A stretch of 64,000 bases of DNA from Pseudomonadota bacterium (GCA_016720075.1 JADJXW010000006.1:36747-100746), one strand, 5' to 3'. Shown: positions 26,385 through 40,026, counted from the first letter of the stretch. Notes: generated by a model from the letters alone, not told the origin. Program-made: numbers and translations.

Positions 26385-27518
26385 GTGGCGAAGAAGCAGT
26401 CGGCGCAGTCATTCCGTTTCTACGACAATCGCCAGAAATACCTGGCCTTCGTGCACACCTGCAACGAGAAGGCCGTGGTGGCTGGCCGCGTCGGGCAGGA
26501 ACTGGACCTGGTGCGTCCCACGCCGCCGGCGCTCTATTTCTTCGATGCCGGCATGGGCGATGGCACCGTGCTGTCGCGACTGATGCGCCACGCGCACGCC
26601 GTGCACCCCACCGTGCCGATGGTGGCCGTGGCCAAGGAGATCAGCCTCGAGGATGTGCGCCTGGGGCTCGAGAAGATGCCCGACCGCTTCACCGAGCATC
26701 CCGCCACGGTGCTGGTGATCACGAATCTCAACTACTCCGACGCGCCGCGTCTGCTGCTGCGCGACACGCAGATGGCCGCCGCGCTCAACTGGCAGGAGAT
26801 CCGCCTCACCGGCCACTCCTCGCATTCCTACGAGGAACAGATCGAGGAGATCTCCAACTCGCTGGCCGACGCGTGGGCCACGCATCCCAGCGAAAAGACC
26901 GGCAACCCCGTCTATCGCCGGCCCTCGGTGCTGGTGGTCTACCGCGAGGACCACAAGTTCCTGCTCGACAGCGTCATCCCGCGCCCCGGTCGTCCGCCGC
27001 CGCACTACGACCTGATCCTGGCCTCGCAGCCCTGGCGCGCGCGCATGTCGGCGGAGTTCAAGGCCTCGCGGGTGCTCGCGCCGCTGGCGCGATCACTTGC
27101 GCCGGGCGGGCGCCTGCTGGCCATCCAGTCCGCGGGCCGGGACCCGGCGCTGGAGATCATCCAGAAGCTGTGGCCGGGCGAGAATCCCTTCCAGGTGGAT
27201 CGGCACGCACTGCTCGCCGCGCTGAAGACGGAGCTGGGGCGTGATGCGCGCGACTTCGTGCTGACTGCACCGCCCGATGAAAAGGCGCTGTTCCGCTACG
27301 AGATGCGCACGTTGCCGTCCGAGCTTTCAGATCGCATCGGAACCTCCACACTGTTCGCGGCGTGGAACGCGGCCGCCTACGTGGCGCAGATGGAAGACGA
27401 GAGGCTGGAGCCGGTGATCGCCAGCGGCGCCTACCTGAAGGCGACGCAGGGCGTGCTGCAGAAGTTCGGCGGGCTGTGGTTCAACGACGAGGCCTTCGTC
27501 GTTTCGCGCCGCTTCTAG
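26385..27518 (+). CDS. hypothetical protein with class-I methyltransferase-like motifs
   Basis: GTG 26385 follows GAGGGGG. YFFDAGMGDGTV resembles SAM motif I. YDLILASQPW and LAPGGRLLAIQSAG resemble motifs II/III, but about 140 aa intervene. No family recognised with confidence. Confidence 0.55.
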   Translation: MAKKQSAQSFRFYDNRQKYLAFVHTCNEKAVVAGRVGQELDLVRPTPPALYFFDAGMGDGTVLSRLMRHAHAVHPTVPMVAVAKEISLEDVRLGLEKMPDRFTEHPATVLVITNLNYSDAPRLLLRDTQMAAALNWQEIRLTGHSSHSYEEQIEEISNSLADAWATHPSEKTGNPVYRRPSVLVVYREDHKFLLDSVIPRPGRPPPHYDLILASQPWRARMSAEFKASRVLAPLARSLAPGGRLLAIQSAGRDPALEIIQKLWPGENPFQVDRHALLAALKTELGRDARDFVLTAPPDEKALFRYEMRTLPSELSDRIGTSTLFAAWNAAAYVAQMEDERLEPVIASGAYLKATQGVLQKFGGLWFNDEAFVVSRRF

Positions 27519-27548
27519 CGCGGCGCCCTGGGCAACGCAGTGCGCGCT

Positions 27549-27824
27549 CTAGCGTACTGCGTAGGCCTCCATCATCAGGCCCGTGCCGCCACCGGACACG
27601 TGGGCGACCACGGCCGTGCGGCGATGCAGCTTGGTGATGGTTCCCAGGTTTATGGCAAATGCCAGCTCCACCTTCTGGCCCTTGCGCAGGCCCAGTCCGG
27701 AGGTGCGGATGAACACGCCCGTGGCGCTGAGGTTCACGGCCTTGCACAGCGAGCGGCGCCCGTCCGGCATGATGATGTACACGATCGTGCGAGCACGATG
27801 TCTGGTATGTAGCCGCCGTTCCAC
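27549..27824 (-). CDS. single-domain PilZ protein (c-di-GMP-binding type)
   Basis: 91 aa with RRLHTR (RxxxR) and NLSATG (D/NxSxxG) motifs. Confidence 0.75.
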   Translation of the reverse strand: MERRLHTRHRARTIVYIIMPDGRRSLCKAVNLSATGVFIRTSGLGLRKGQKVELAFAINLGTITKLHRRTAVVAHVSGGGTGLMMEAYAVR

Positions 27825-27905
27825 GATGCTCCTCGACCTGCCCCCGACGCGAACTGCGTCACATTATGCATGGGGCTGGTGCACCGCCAACAGGCTCTGA
27901 ACTTA

Positions 27906-28859
27906 TTACCTGATTGCACCGGCATTCTTTTTTGCATTAAGCAAAAACCTGACCGGGCAATGATCGGGGAGACGGTAGCGGAGGGCATCGGCTTCGCGGA
28001 AGCCTATCCGGCGGAAGCCGCCCGGCACCATCGCGGGCAGCAGTTGGCGAGACACCAGGATGTGGTCGATCGAGCGCGTGAAGCCCGCGCCGATGTGGCA
28101 ATTGCGGAACGGGACGCCGGCGTTCGCAAAGACGAACGGCGCGGCCGCGGCATCGTCGCCGGAAAGCAGCCGCCAGAAATCGTCGCCGCCCACGTTCGCG
28201 TCGCCGCGATTGAAATCTCCCAGCAGGATGAAGCGCGAGTTCGCGCGTGCTGCTATCCACGCGGCCAGCTGAGCGGCCTGTGCCGCGAGCACGCTGCAGG
28301 CCGATGATCCGGAATCCAGCGCGCGGTCCGCGCAGCCGGACTTCAGGTGCACGGCAAGCAGTTCCACGGTTTGCGCAGTGCCCGGAAACAGCCGCAGCGA
28401 TATTCCATTGCGCTGCGTCCCCGCCAGCGAGATCGACTCCACAGGCGACCCGCAGCGGTGAGCAACGCCGGACCGGATGGCAAAGCCCACGTGCTGGACG
28501 CCACGGCCCGGCGCGATGCAGATCCGGTAGCCTTCGAAAACACGCGCGGCGATGCCGGCGTCTTCCACTTCCTGGAAGGCGATGACATCGGCATCGAGCC
28601 TGCGCGCGTACCACGCCAGGCGCGCCAGATCCGCGGAGTCCCGCGATAGCTCGCGCGCCACATCGCACGGCAGGATGGCGCGATGGCCGCGCCGGCAGGC
28701 CAGTCTCGCGCCATGCGCTGTTGCGGGGGATACCAGCCATTCCAGGTTCCAGGTGGCGATGGCGATGGCCGGTCGCGCGGCATCCGGCTGCATGGTTGCG
28801 GCCGCCAATGACAGCAGCAGCAGGATCAGCAACAGGATGGGAACCGCCTTGCGCCGCAT
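27906..28859 (-). CDS. endonuclease/exonuclease/phosphatase (EEP) family secreted protein
   Basis: ATG 28859 gives the signal peptide MRRKAVPILLLILLLLSLAAA. Motifs: ATWNLEWL, DVIAFQEVE, LLGDFN, SIDHILVS. The upstream part of ORF ..29126 is antisense to ppc. Confidence 0.75.
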   Translation of the reverse strand: MRRKAVPILLLILLLLSLAAATMQPDAARPAIAIATWNLEWLVSPATAHGARLACRRGHRAILPCDVARELSRDSADLARLAWYARRLDADVIAFQEVEDAGIAARVFEGYRICIAPGRGVQHVGFAIRSGVAHRCGSPVESISLAGTQRNGISLRLFPGTAQTVELLAVHLKSGCADRALDSGSSACSVLAAQAAQLAAWIAARANSRFILLGDFNRGDANVGGDDFWRLLSGDDAAAAPFVFANAGVPFRNCHIGAGFTRSIDHILVSRQLLPAMVPGGFRRIGFREADALRYRLPDHCPVRFLLNAKKNAGAIR

Positions 28860-28958
28860 GGCGGCACAGTGCCAGCACAGCCCGCTGCGCAGCGCCGCAG
28901 TTTGTGGCGCGATCGGGCAACAATCCGGCGGCAGGCTTCTTGCATCGCGTACTGCACG

Positions 28959-31625
28959 ATGAATGCCGTCACTCAGAACGCCGATATCCGCTATTTGGGT
29001 CGCCTGCTCGGGGATGTGATCCGCGCCTATGGCGGGCAGGCCCTGTTCGACCGCATCGAGACCATCCGCGCCGCCTCCGTGGACCGTCACAGGGGCCTGG
29101 CGGCGGCGGATTCGGCGGAGCAGCACCTGCAGGCGCTCGATCTGGACGAGACGCTGTCGTTCGTGCGCGGCTTCATGCTGTTTTCAATGCTGGCGAACCT
29201 CGCCGAGGACCGGCAGCGAAACGCCGAAGGCGGCGCGGAGGATCTTGCCGGCGCGCTCGCCAGCCTGGCCGCAGAGGGCGTGCGCGCCGAAGAGGTGTCG
29301 CAGCTTCTCGAGCAGAGCCTGATAGCGCCCGTGCTCACGGCGCATCCCACGGAAGTCATGCGCAAGAGCATGCTGGATCACCGCAGCCGCATCGCGGCGC
29401 TGATGTCGCTGCGCGATGGTGGCGCGGCCGAAACGCCCGACGGTGATGTGATCGAGCAGGCGCTGCTGCGGCAGATCGCGCTGCTGTGGCAGACGCGCCC
29501 GCTGCGACGCGAAAAGATGCAGGTGCGCGACGAAGTGGAGATCACTCTGGCCTACCTGCGTGATGTGTTCATGCCGGTGTTGCCGCAGCTCTACGCGCGC
29601 TGGGATCGCCTGCTGCCGCGCCGCGCGGCCACGTTCCTGCGGCTGGGCAGCTGGATCGGCGGCGACCGCGACGGCAATCCGAATGTGGGCGCCGAGAGCC
29701 TGCGCTATGCGCTTTCCGCGGCAGCCCGCACGCTGCTGGCCTCGTACCTGCAGCAGTTGCATGCGCTGGGCAAGGAGCTGTCGGTGTCAACGGACCTCGC
29801 GCGCGTGAGCGAGCCGGTGCTGGCGCTCGCCGAGGCCAGCGGTGATGACTACGCGGGCCGCGGCGATGAACCCTATCGGCGCGCGCTGCTGGCCGTGCAC
29901 GCGCGCCTGGCGGCCTCCTACGAGGCAATCACCGGACAGGCGCCGCCCCGCGCGGCGCGCGCGCCCGCGGCAGCCTACGACTCGCCGCAGCAGTTGCGCG
30001 CTGACCTCGTGGCGCTGGCGCGCAGCCTGGCCGAGCACGGTGGGAAGCTGCTGTCGACCGGCGGTGCGCTGGGGCGGCTGATACGCCAGGTGGAGGCCTT
30101 CGGCTTTCACCTGGCAACCGTCGACCTGCGGCAGAACTCCGACGTGCACGCGCGGGTGGTCGCGGAACTGTTGCGCGTGGCCGGGGCCGAGGCCGACTAT
30201 GCCGCGCTCGATGAACAAGCCCGGGTGGCGCTGCTGCGCCGCGAGCTGGCAAGCCAGCGGCCGCTGTTTTCCCCCTTTTCGCAGTACTCCGCCGAGACTC
30301 AGTCGGAGCTGGCCATCGCGCGCGAGGCTGCCGCCGCGCACGCGCGCTATGGGGCCGCCTGCATCACCGCCTGGATCATCTCCAAGTGCGAGAGCGTGTC
30401 GGACATGCTGGAGGTGAACCTGCTGCTGAAGGAGGCCGGCCTCTACAGCGCGGCGGATCCGGCCGCCGCCGCCATCATGGTCGTGCCGCTGTTCGAGACC
30501 ATTGGCGACCTGGAGCGCGCGCCGCAGATCATGGGCGCCTGGCTCTCGCTGCCCGAAGTGCGGGCGGCCGCGGAGCGGCGCGGGCACCAGGAAGTGATGG
30601 TCGGGTATTCGGATTCGAACAAGGATGGCGGCTACCTGACCTCGGTGTGGAGCCTGCACCAGGCCACGCGCGCGCTGGAAGCGGTGTTCGCGCAAGCGGG
30701 CATCGGCATGCAGATCTTCCACGGCCGCGGCGGCAGCGTGGGTCGCGGCGGCGGGCCTTCCTTTGCCGCCATTCGCGCCCAGCCCGCCGGCACGGTGCAG
30801 GGCCGCATCCGCATCACCGAGCAGGGTGAGGTGATCGCGGCCAAGTACGGCACGCGCGAAGCGGCGCACGCCAACCTGGAGTCCATCGCCAGCGCCACGC
30901 TGCTGGCGTCGCTGTCGCGCCGGCGCGCGCCCGATGCAGATACCGAGCGCTTCGCCGCGGCGCTGGAGCAGCTTTCCGCGCAGGCGTTCGGCAGCTATCG
31001 GTCGCTGGTCTACGGTGACCCCGGATTTCGCACCTTCTTCCGCCAGATGACGCCGCTGTCGGAAATCGCGACGCTGAACATCGGCTCGCGTCCTGCCTCG
31101 CGCACCCGCACTGATCGCATCGAGGATCTGCGCGCCATTCCCTGGGTGTTCTCGTGGGCGCAATCCCGCGTGATGCTGCCCGGCTGGTATGGCACCGGCC
31201 AGGCGCTGGGGGCTTTCGCCGACCAGGGCCTGCTGCGCGAGATGGCCAGCGCCTGGCCGTTCTTCCGCGCGCAGCTCGACAACATGGAAATGGTGCTGGC
31301 GAAGAGCGACCTGGCGATCGCGCGGCGCTACCTGACTCTGGTCGAGGACCCCGCGCTTGGCAGCCATTACTTCGATCTCATCGAGAGCGGCTGGAAGGCC
31401 ACGCACGACGCGGTGCTCGCGATCACCGGGCAGTCCAGGTTGCTGGAGAAGAACCCGCAGCTGGATGCCTCGATCCGCCTGCGGCTGCCCTATGTCGAGC
31501 CCCTGAACCTGCTGCAGGTGGAGCTGCTGCGGCGGCACCGGGCCGGCGAACAGGACCCGCGCATCGCCGAGGGGATCAAGCTGTCGATCAGCGCGGTGGC
31601 TACCGCGCTGCGCAACAGCGGCTAG
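28959..31625 (+). CDS. ppc: phosphoenolpyruvate carboxylase
   Basis: ATG 28959. Motifs: VLTAHPTE, GSWIGGDRDGNP, VGYSDSNKDGG, FHGRGGSVGRGGGP, and C-terminal ...ATALRNSG. Confidence 0.95.
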   Translation: MNAVTQNADIRYLGRLLGDVIRAYGGQALFDRIETIRAASVDRHRGLAAADSAEQHLQALDLDETLSFVRGFMLFSMLANLAEDRQRNAEGGAEDLAGALASLAAEGVRAEEVSQLLEQSLIAPVLTAHPTEVMRKSMLDHRSRIAALMSLRDGGAAETPDGDVIEQALLRQIALLWQTRPLRREKMQVRDEVEITLAYLRDVFMPVLPQLYARWDRLLPRRAATFLRLGSWIGGDRDGNPNVGAESLRYALSAAARTLLASYLQQLHALGKELSVSTDLARVSEPVLALAEASGDDYAGRGDEPYRRALLAVHARLAASYEAITGQAPPRAARAPAAAYDSPQQLRADLVALARSLAEHGGKLLSTGGALGRLIRQVEAFGFHLATVDLRQNSDVHARVVAELLRVAGAEADYAALDEQARVALLRRELASQRPLFSPFSQYSAETQSELAIAREAAAAHARYGAACITAWIISKCESVSDMLEVNLLLKEAGLYSAADPAAAAIMVVPLFETIGDLERAPQIMGAWLSLPEVRAAAERRGHQEVMVGYSDSNKDGGYLTSVWSLHQATRALEAVFAQAGIGMQIFHGRGGSVGRGGGPSFAAIRAQPAGTVQGRIRITEQGEVIAAKYGTREAAHANLESIASATLLASLSRRRAPDADTERFAAALEQLSAQAFGSYRSLVYGDPGFRTFFRQMTPLSEIATLNIGSRPASRTRTDRIEDLRAIPWVFSWAQSRVMLPGWYGTGQALGAFADQGLLREMASAWPFFRAQLDNMEMVLAKSDLAIARRYLTLVEDPALGSHYFDLIESGWKATHDAVLAITGQSRLLEKNPQLDASIRLRLPYVEPLNLLQVELLRRHRAGEQDPRIAEGIKLSISAVATALRNSG

Positions 31626-31788
31626 CGCAGCGTCCGGACCGGCCCTGGACCTGCATCAATGCGGAGCATCGCGCGTGCGGCCTGCGCCAGGACGGTGCGT
31701 CCGGCGCCGCGCGGGGCGGTTCAGGGGCTGTTCCGCGCAGCACGCTATTTGCAAAGGAATAGCCCAAACGCCAACGCCAGGGTCATAG

Positions 31789-34311
<2,523 letters not shown>

Positions 34312-34328
34312 CGCAGGAAGCCTTGCGT

Positions 34329-35447
34329 TCAGCCGGCGAGGAAGCCGCGGATGGCGGCGTCGAACCGCGCGATGTCGACCAGGAACGCGTCGTGGCCCTC
34401 GATGCTGGGCAGACGCGCGAACGTCGTGGCCACGCCCGCCGCGGAAAGCCGCTCGGCAATGCCCGCCTGTTCCTCGATGGCGAAGAGGAAGTCGGATTCG
34501 ACGCCGATGACCAGCGCGCTCGACAGGCCCGCGCGCGCCAGCGCCCTGCCCGGATCGCCGTACTCGGCAATGTCGAAGCAATCCATGGCCCGCGACAGAT
34601 ACAGGTAGCAGTTCGGGTCGAACACGCGCACGAACTTCTCGGCCTGCGATTCGAGATAGGTTTCCACCGCGAAGCGCGGACCGAAACCTTCCGGGACCCG
34701 CTGCAGCGCGCGCGACACCGACTGCTTGCCCACCGGCGTGAGTCCGCCGCGCGCGAAACGATCGCGCCATTCGTCGGCCGAGCGGTAGGTGATCGTGCCC
34801 AGCTTGCGCGCGATGCGCATGCCGGCCTGCGGGCCGCGCTCGTTGTCGGCGTAGTTGCCGCGGCTCCAGGCCGGATCGCTCATCACGGCCTCGCGCTGTA
34901 CCGAGCGCAGCGCGATGGCGAAGGGCGAGGAAGCCGCGGAACCCGAGATGCTGACCAGCCGGCGCGCGCCATCGGGGATGATGGCCGCGAAGGCCACGAC
35001 CACCATGCCGCCCAGCGAGCAGCCCATGACCGTGTCGAGCTTCTCGACGCCCAGCGAACGGGCTGCCTCGAAGCCCGCGCGGGCGATGTCCTCGACCGCC
35101 AGTTCCGGGAAATCCAGCCGATAGGGCTTGCCGGTTGCCGGATTCACCGATGCCGGGCCGGTGGAGCCGAAGCAGCTGCCCAGCGAGTTCACGCACATCA
35201 CGAAGAAGCGGTCGGTGTCGATGGCGCGGCCGGGGCCGATCATCTTTTCCCACCAGCCGTCGTCGGGATTCTCCGGCGACGAGGCCGCATGCGCCGAGGG
35301 CGACAGGCCCGTGAACAGCAGGATGGCGTTGCTGCGCTCGCGGTTCAGCGTGCCCCAGCATTCATAGGCGACCTGCGCATGGCGCAGCTCGCCGCCGCGC
35401 GTCATGCGGAACGGATCGGGCAGCGGGGCGTAGCGAACCGCCGTCAC
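34329..35447 (-). CDS. metX: homoserine O-acyltransferase (MetX family)
   Basis: GTG 35447 (alternative ATG 35405). Blocks: VAYECWGTLN, FFVMCVNSLGSCFGSTGP, nucleophile elbow GCSLGGM, C-terminal GHDAFL. Confidence 0.85.
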   Translation of the reverse strand: MTAVRYAPLPDPFRMTRGGELRHAQVAYECWGTLNRERSNAILLFTGLSPSAHAASSPENPDDGWWEKMIGPGRAIDTDRFFVMCVNSLGSCFGSTGPASVNPATGKPYRLDFPELAVEDIARAGFEAARSLGVEKLDTVMGCSLGGMVVVAFAAIIPDGARRLVSISGSAASSPFAIALRSVQREAVMSDPAWSRGNYADNERGPQAGMRIARKLGTITYRSADEWRDRFARGGLTPVGKQSVSRALQRVPEGFGPRFAVETYLESQAEKFVRVFDPNCYLYLSRAMDCFDIAEYGDPGRALARAGLSSALVIGVESDFLFAIEEQAGIAERLSAAGVATTFARLPSIEGHDAFLVDIARFDAAIRGFLAG

Positions 35448-35478
35448 CGGGTCTTCCTTGCGCAGCGCATTGGAGGCT

Positions 35479-36420
35479 TCAGGGCTCAGGATCGGACCCC
35501 TCGTTGATGCCTTCGGCCAGCGCCGTGGACAGATAGCGTTCGCCCGTGTCGGGCAGCATGGCCAGCAGCACGCTGCCGGGCGTCGCCTCGCGCGCCACGG
35601 CAAGCGCGGCGGCGAAGGTGGCGCCGCAGGAAATGCCGCAGAAAATGCCTTCCTTCTGCGCAAGCTGGCGCGCGGTGCCCAGCGCGTCGGTGTCGCTGAC
35701 CGGCACGATGCGATCAGCCACCGACCTGTTGAGCACCTTGGGCACGAAGTCCGGCGTCCAGCCCTGGATCTTGTGCGGCGTGAAGGGCTTGCCCGTCAGC
35801 AGCGAGGCGTTCTCGGGTTCGGCCACGATGATCTTCGTGTCCGGACGCGCGAGCTTCAGCATCTCGCCGGCGCCGGTCATCGTGCCGCCGGTGCCCCAGC
35901 CCGTCACGAAATAGTCGAGACGCTTGCCGGCGAAGTCGCTGAGGATCTCCGGGCCGGTGGTGTTGCGGTGGTAGGCGGGATTGGCAGGATTCTCGAACTG
36001 CCGCGCGAGGAACCAGCCGTGCTTCTGCGCCAGCTCCTCGGCCTTGCGCACCATGCCGCTGCCGCGCTCGGCGGCGGGCGTCAGGATGACCTTCGCGCCG
36101 AGCATGCGCATGATCTTGCGCCGCTCGACCGAGAAGGTTTCCACCATGGTGGCGACAAAGGGATAGCCCTTGGCGGCGCAGACCATCGCGAGCGCAATGC
36201 CGGTGTTGCCCGAGGTTGCCTCGACCACGGTCTGGCCGGGTTTCAGCGCGCCACTGCGCTCGGCGTCCTCGATGATGGCGATCGCCAGGCGGTCCTTCAC
36301 CGACGAAGCCGGATTGAAGAACTCGCATTTCACATACATCGTGATGCCGGCCGGTGCCAGCCGATGCACCTTGACGACCGGGGTGCGGCCAATCGTGTCC
36401 AGGATGCTGTTGTAGATCAT
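35479..36420 (-). CDS. cysK: cysteine synthase A (O-acetylserine sulfhydrylase)
   Basis: IGRTPVVKV, PLP-lysine block NPASSVKDR, TSGNTG, GTGGTMTG. Confidence 0.9.
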   Translation of the reverse strand: MIYNSILDTIGRTPVVKVHRLAPAGITMYVKCEFFNPASSVKDRLAIAIIEDAERSGALKPGQTVVEATSGNTGIALAMVCAAKGYPFVATMVETFSVERRKIMRMLGAKVILTPAAERGSGMVRKAEELAQKHGWFLARQFENPANPAYHRNTTGPEILSDFAGKRLDYFVTGWGTGGTMTGAGEMLKLARPDTKIIVAEPENASLLTGKPFTPHKIQGWTPDFVPKVLNRSVADRIVPVSDTDALGTARQLAQKEGIFCGISCGATFAAALAVAREATPGSVLLAMLPDTGERYLSTALAEGINEGSDPEP

Positions 36421-36511
36421 TGGCCCTCCTTCCCCCCGCAGACGTTCGAATGAGCGACTCTAATCCGGCTGGCGGCCGCTGATAGGTCAAAAAGGGACAG
36501 GTGAAGGATTG

Positions 36512-36526
36512 ATAACTCTTTGTTAT
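36512..36526 (+). promoter_or_regulatory. LysR-type T-N11-A box (ATAAC-N5-GTTAT) overlapping a TATAAT hexamer
   Basis: Perfect 5-5-5 inverted repeat in the AT-rich cysK/cysB-like divergent region. TATAAT lies at 36524-36529, 27 nt before the regulator ATG. Confidence 0.45.
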
Positions 36527-36555
36527 AATGAATAGGCTTCAAAGTCGGGGCAGTC

Positions 36556-37536
36556 ATGAACTTCCATCAACTGCAGTACGCGCTGGCCGTGGCCCGCAAC
36601 GGCCTGTCGGTGACCAACGCCGCCGCGGCGCTGGGAACCTCCCAGCCCGCCATCTCCCGTGCCCTGAAGGAACTGGAAAAAGAGCTGGGATTCGACCTGT
36701 TCGTGCGTGAGGGGCGCAGCTTCGCCCGGGTGACGCCCGAAGGCACCAAAGTGCTGGAATACGCGGCCCGGGCGCTGGCGGAGATCGAAAGCCTGCGCTC
36801 GGTGGCGGCGGACCTGAACCAGGACGCGCGCGGCACGCTGTCGATCGCCACCACCCACACCCAGGCCCGCTACGTGCTGCCCCCGGTGGTACAGGCCTTC
36901 CGCAAGAAGTACCCGGAAGTGGACCTGCACCTGCACCAGGGCACTTCCGAGCAGATTTCCGAGATGGTGGCCGGTGACCGGGTGCACCTGGCCATTGCCA
37001 CCGGATCCGAGGCATTGTTTCCAGAATTGGTGCTTCTGCCCGTCTATCGCTGGCATCGGCAGGTGATTGTTCCAAAACACCACCCATTGGCCCGCCCGGG
37101 CGCCCCCAAGCTCAGCCTCTCGATCCTGGAGAAGTACCCTCTGGTCACCTATGTATTCAGCTTCTCCGGGCCTTCGTCGCTCGAGACGCTGTTCGCCCGG
37201 GAAGGCCTGAAGCCCCGGGTGGCGCTGACAGCGCGGGATTCGGATGTGATCAAGACCTATGTCCGGCTGGGCATGGGCGTGGGCATCGTCGCCAGCGTGG
37301 CCATCGAGCCGGAAGTGGATACCGACCTCACGATGATCGATGCCTCGCACCTTTTCCCGATCCACACCACGTGGGTGGGGTTCCGCCGCGGCACGTTGCT
37401 GCGCAACTTCGCCTACGACTTCATGCAGCTGTTCGGTCCGCACCTGAGCCGGCGCCTCATCGACCATGCCGTGGAGGCCCGCGAGCCGGAAATCAAGGCG
37501 GAGCTGCTGGGCAGGCTGCAGCTGCCGATTCGCTGA
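36556..37536 (+). CDS. cysB: LysR-family transcriptional regulator, CysB-like
   Basis: HTH MNFHQLQYALAVARNGLSVTNAAAALGTSQPAISRALKELE. CysB-like effector domain (SIATTHTQARYVLP...). Divergent from cysK. Confidence 0.75.
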   Translation: MNFHQLQYALAVARNGLSVTNAAAALGTSQPAISRALKELEKELGFDLFVREGRSFARVTPEGTKVLEYAARALAEIESLRSVAADLNQDARGTLSIATTHTQARYVLPPVVQAFRKKYPEVDLHLHQGTSEQISEMVAGDRVHLAIATGSEALFPELVLLPVYRWHRQVIVPKHHPLARPGAPKLSLSILEKYPLVTYVFSFSGPSSLETLFAREGLKPRVALTARDSDVIKTYVRLGMGVGIVASVAIEPEVDTDLTMIDASHLFPIHTTWVGFRRGTLLRNFAYDFMQLFGPHLSRRLIDHAVEAREPEIKAELLGRLQLPIR

Positions 37537-37548
37537 AATTACCGGGCC

Positions 37549-38298
37549 GTGGAGCGCATCCAGAAACTGCTGGCCGCGGCCGGAGTGGGCTCCCGCCGGG
37601 GCATCGAGGAATGGCTGCGCGCCGGACGCCTGGCGGTCAACGGCAGCGTGGCCAAACTCGGGGATCGGGCCGGGCCTGGCGATGCCTTCCTGCTGGATGG
37701 ACAGCCGCTGTTGCTGCAGCAGGCCAGCGCCACTGGAGCCGGGGAGGGGGCCGCCACAGAAGCCGGCGCCACGGTTCTTCTCTATAACAAGCCCACCGGC
37801 GAGGTGACCACCCGCCACGACCCGCAGGGCCGCCCCACCGTGTTCGATCGGCTGCCCCCGGCGCCTTCGGGGCGGTGGGTCGTGGTCGGCCGGCTGGATG
37901 TGAACACCTCGGGACTGCTGCTGTTCACCAACGACGGCGCGCTGGCCCATCGGCTCATGCACCCGTCGTTCGAAGTGCAGCGCAGTTACCTGGCTCGCGT
38001 GCGGGGAACGCCGGGGCCGGATTTGCCTGCAAAACTGCTGCGCGGCGTGATGCTGGAGGATGGCCTGGCGCGGTTCAGCCGGGTGGAAGCCCGTGGCCGC
38101 TCCGAGGGGCACACGTGGTTCGAGGTCACGCTGGGCGAGGGACGCAACCGCGAGGTGCGCCGGGCCTTCGAGGCGCTGGGCCATGAAGTCAGCCGCCTGA
38201 AGCGGCTTGCCTATGGCCCGTTCCGGCTTCCCGATGAGCTGCCAGCCGGCAAGGCTGTCATCGTCAGTGGCCCTGAATTGGCCCAAGTATTGCGTTGA
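37549..38298 (+). CDS. rluB: 23S rRNA pseudouridine synthase, RsuA/RluB family
   Basis: GTG start. S4 domain (RIQKLLAAAGVGSRRGIEEWLRAGRLAVNG) and catalytic block VGRLDVNTSGLLLFTNDG. Confidence 0.8.
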   Translation: MERIQKLLAAAGVGSRRGIEEWLRAGRLAVNGSVAKLGDRAGPGDAFLLDGQPLLLQQASATGAGEGAATEAGATVLLYNKPTGEVTTRHDPQGRPTVFDRLPPAPSGRWVVVGRLDVNTSGLLLFTNDGALAHRLMHPSFEVQRSYLARVRGTPGPDLPAKLLRGVMLEDGLARFSRVEARGRSEGHTWFEVTLGEGRNREVRRAFEALGHEVSRLKRLAYGPFRLPDELPAGKAVIVSGPELAQVLR

Positions 38299-38323
38299 CA
38301 GTCAGTGCCCTGGAAATCAGAAT
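38295..38323 (+). promoter_or_regulatory. candidate sigma70 promoter of the tRNA-tuf operon
   Basis: TTGACA (38295-38300), 17-nt spacer, CAGAAT (38318-38323), then the GC-rich discriminator ACGCGGC. It ends 20 nt before tRNA-Tyr. Confidence 0.5.
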
Positions 38324-38342
38324 ACGCGGCTCGTTTTCAGGC

Positions 38343-38430
<88 letters not shown>

Positions 38431-38481
38431 CTGGGCCCGGCGTAAACGACAGATGCAGGTGAGGTACGGCGGCGTTACTTG

Positions 38482-38555
<74 letters not shown>

Positions 38556-38627
38556 TGCCGCACATCGCTTCTTTTGTTGATGCCTGGGTGACTTTTCGAC
38601 TCGTCGCTGGTCCTGCTTAAGGTCGTC

Positions 38628-38703
38628 GCTCACGTAGCTCAGTTGGTAGAGCACGTCCTTGGTAAGGACGAGGTCACCGGTTCGATCCCGGTCGTGAGCT
38701 CCA
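38628..38703 (+). tRNA. tRNA-Thr (GGU)
   Basis: GCTCACGTAGCTCAGTTGGTAGAGC..., anticodon loop TTGGTAA, ...CGTGAGCTCCA. Confidence 0.95.
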
Positions 38704-38749
38704 GCGACGCATGGGGTTTTGGGTACAGATTTTTTTAGAGGAACTCGCC

Positions 38750-39940
<1,191 letters not shown>

Positions 39941-39950
39941 GGGCGTAGAT

Positions 39951-40026
39951 AGGCCAGTAGCTCAATTGGCAGAGCGGCGGTCTCCAAAACCGCAGGTTGG
40001 GGGTTCGATTCCCTCCTGGCCTGCCA
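39951..40026 (+). tRNA. tRNA-Trp (CCA)
   Basis: AGGCCAGTAGCTCAATTGGCAGAGC..., anticodon loop CTCCAAA, ...CTGGCCTGCCA. Confidence 0.95.

Noticed and set aside
27929-27947. AT-rich hairpin TTTTTGC-ATTAA-GCAAAAA that looks like a terminator.
   Set aside because: It lies inside the 3' end of the EEP gene, coding ...LLNAKKN.... It is not followed by a U-tract on the transcribed (minus) strand. It is probably just codon content of a Lys/Asn-rich tail.
35448-35478. Possible SAM riboswitch upstream of metX.
   Set aside because: Only 31 nt separate the cysK stop from the metX start. That leaves no room for a riboswitch, so metX is most likely co-transcribed with cysK.
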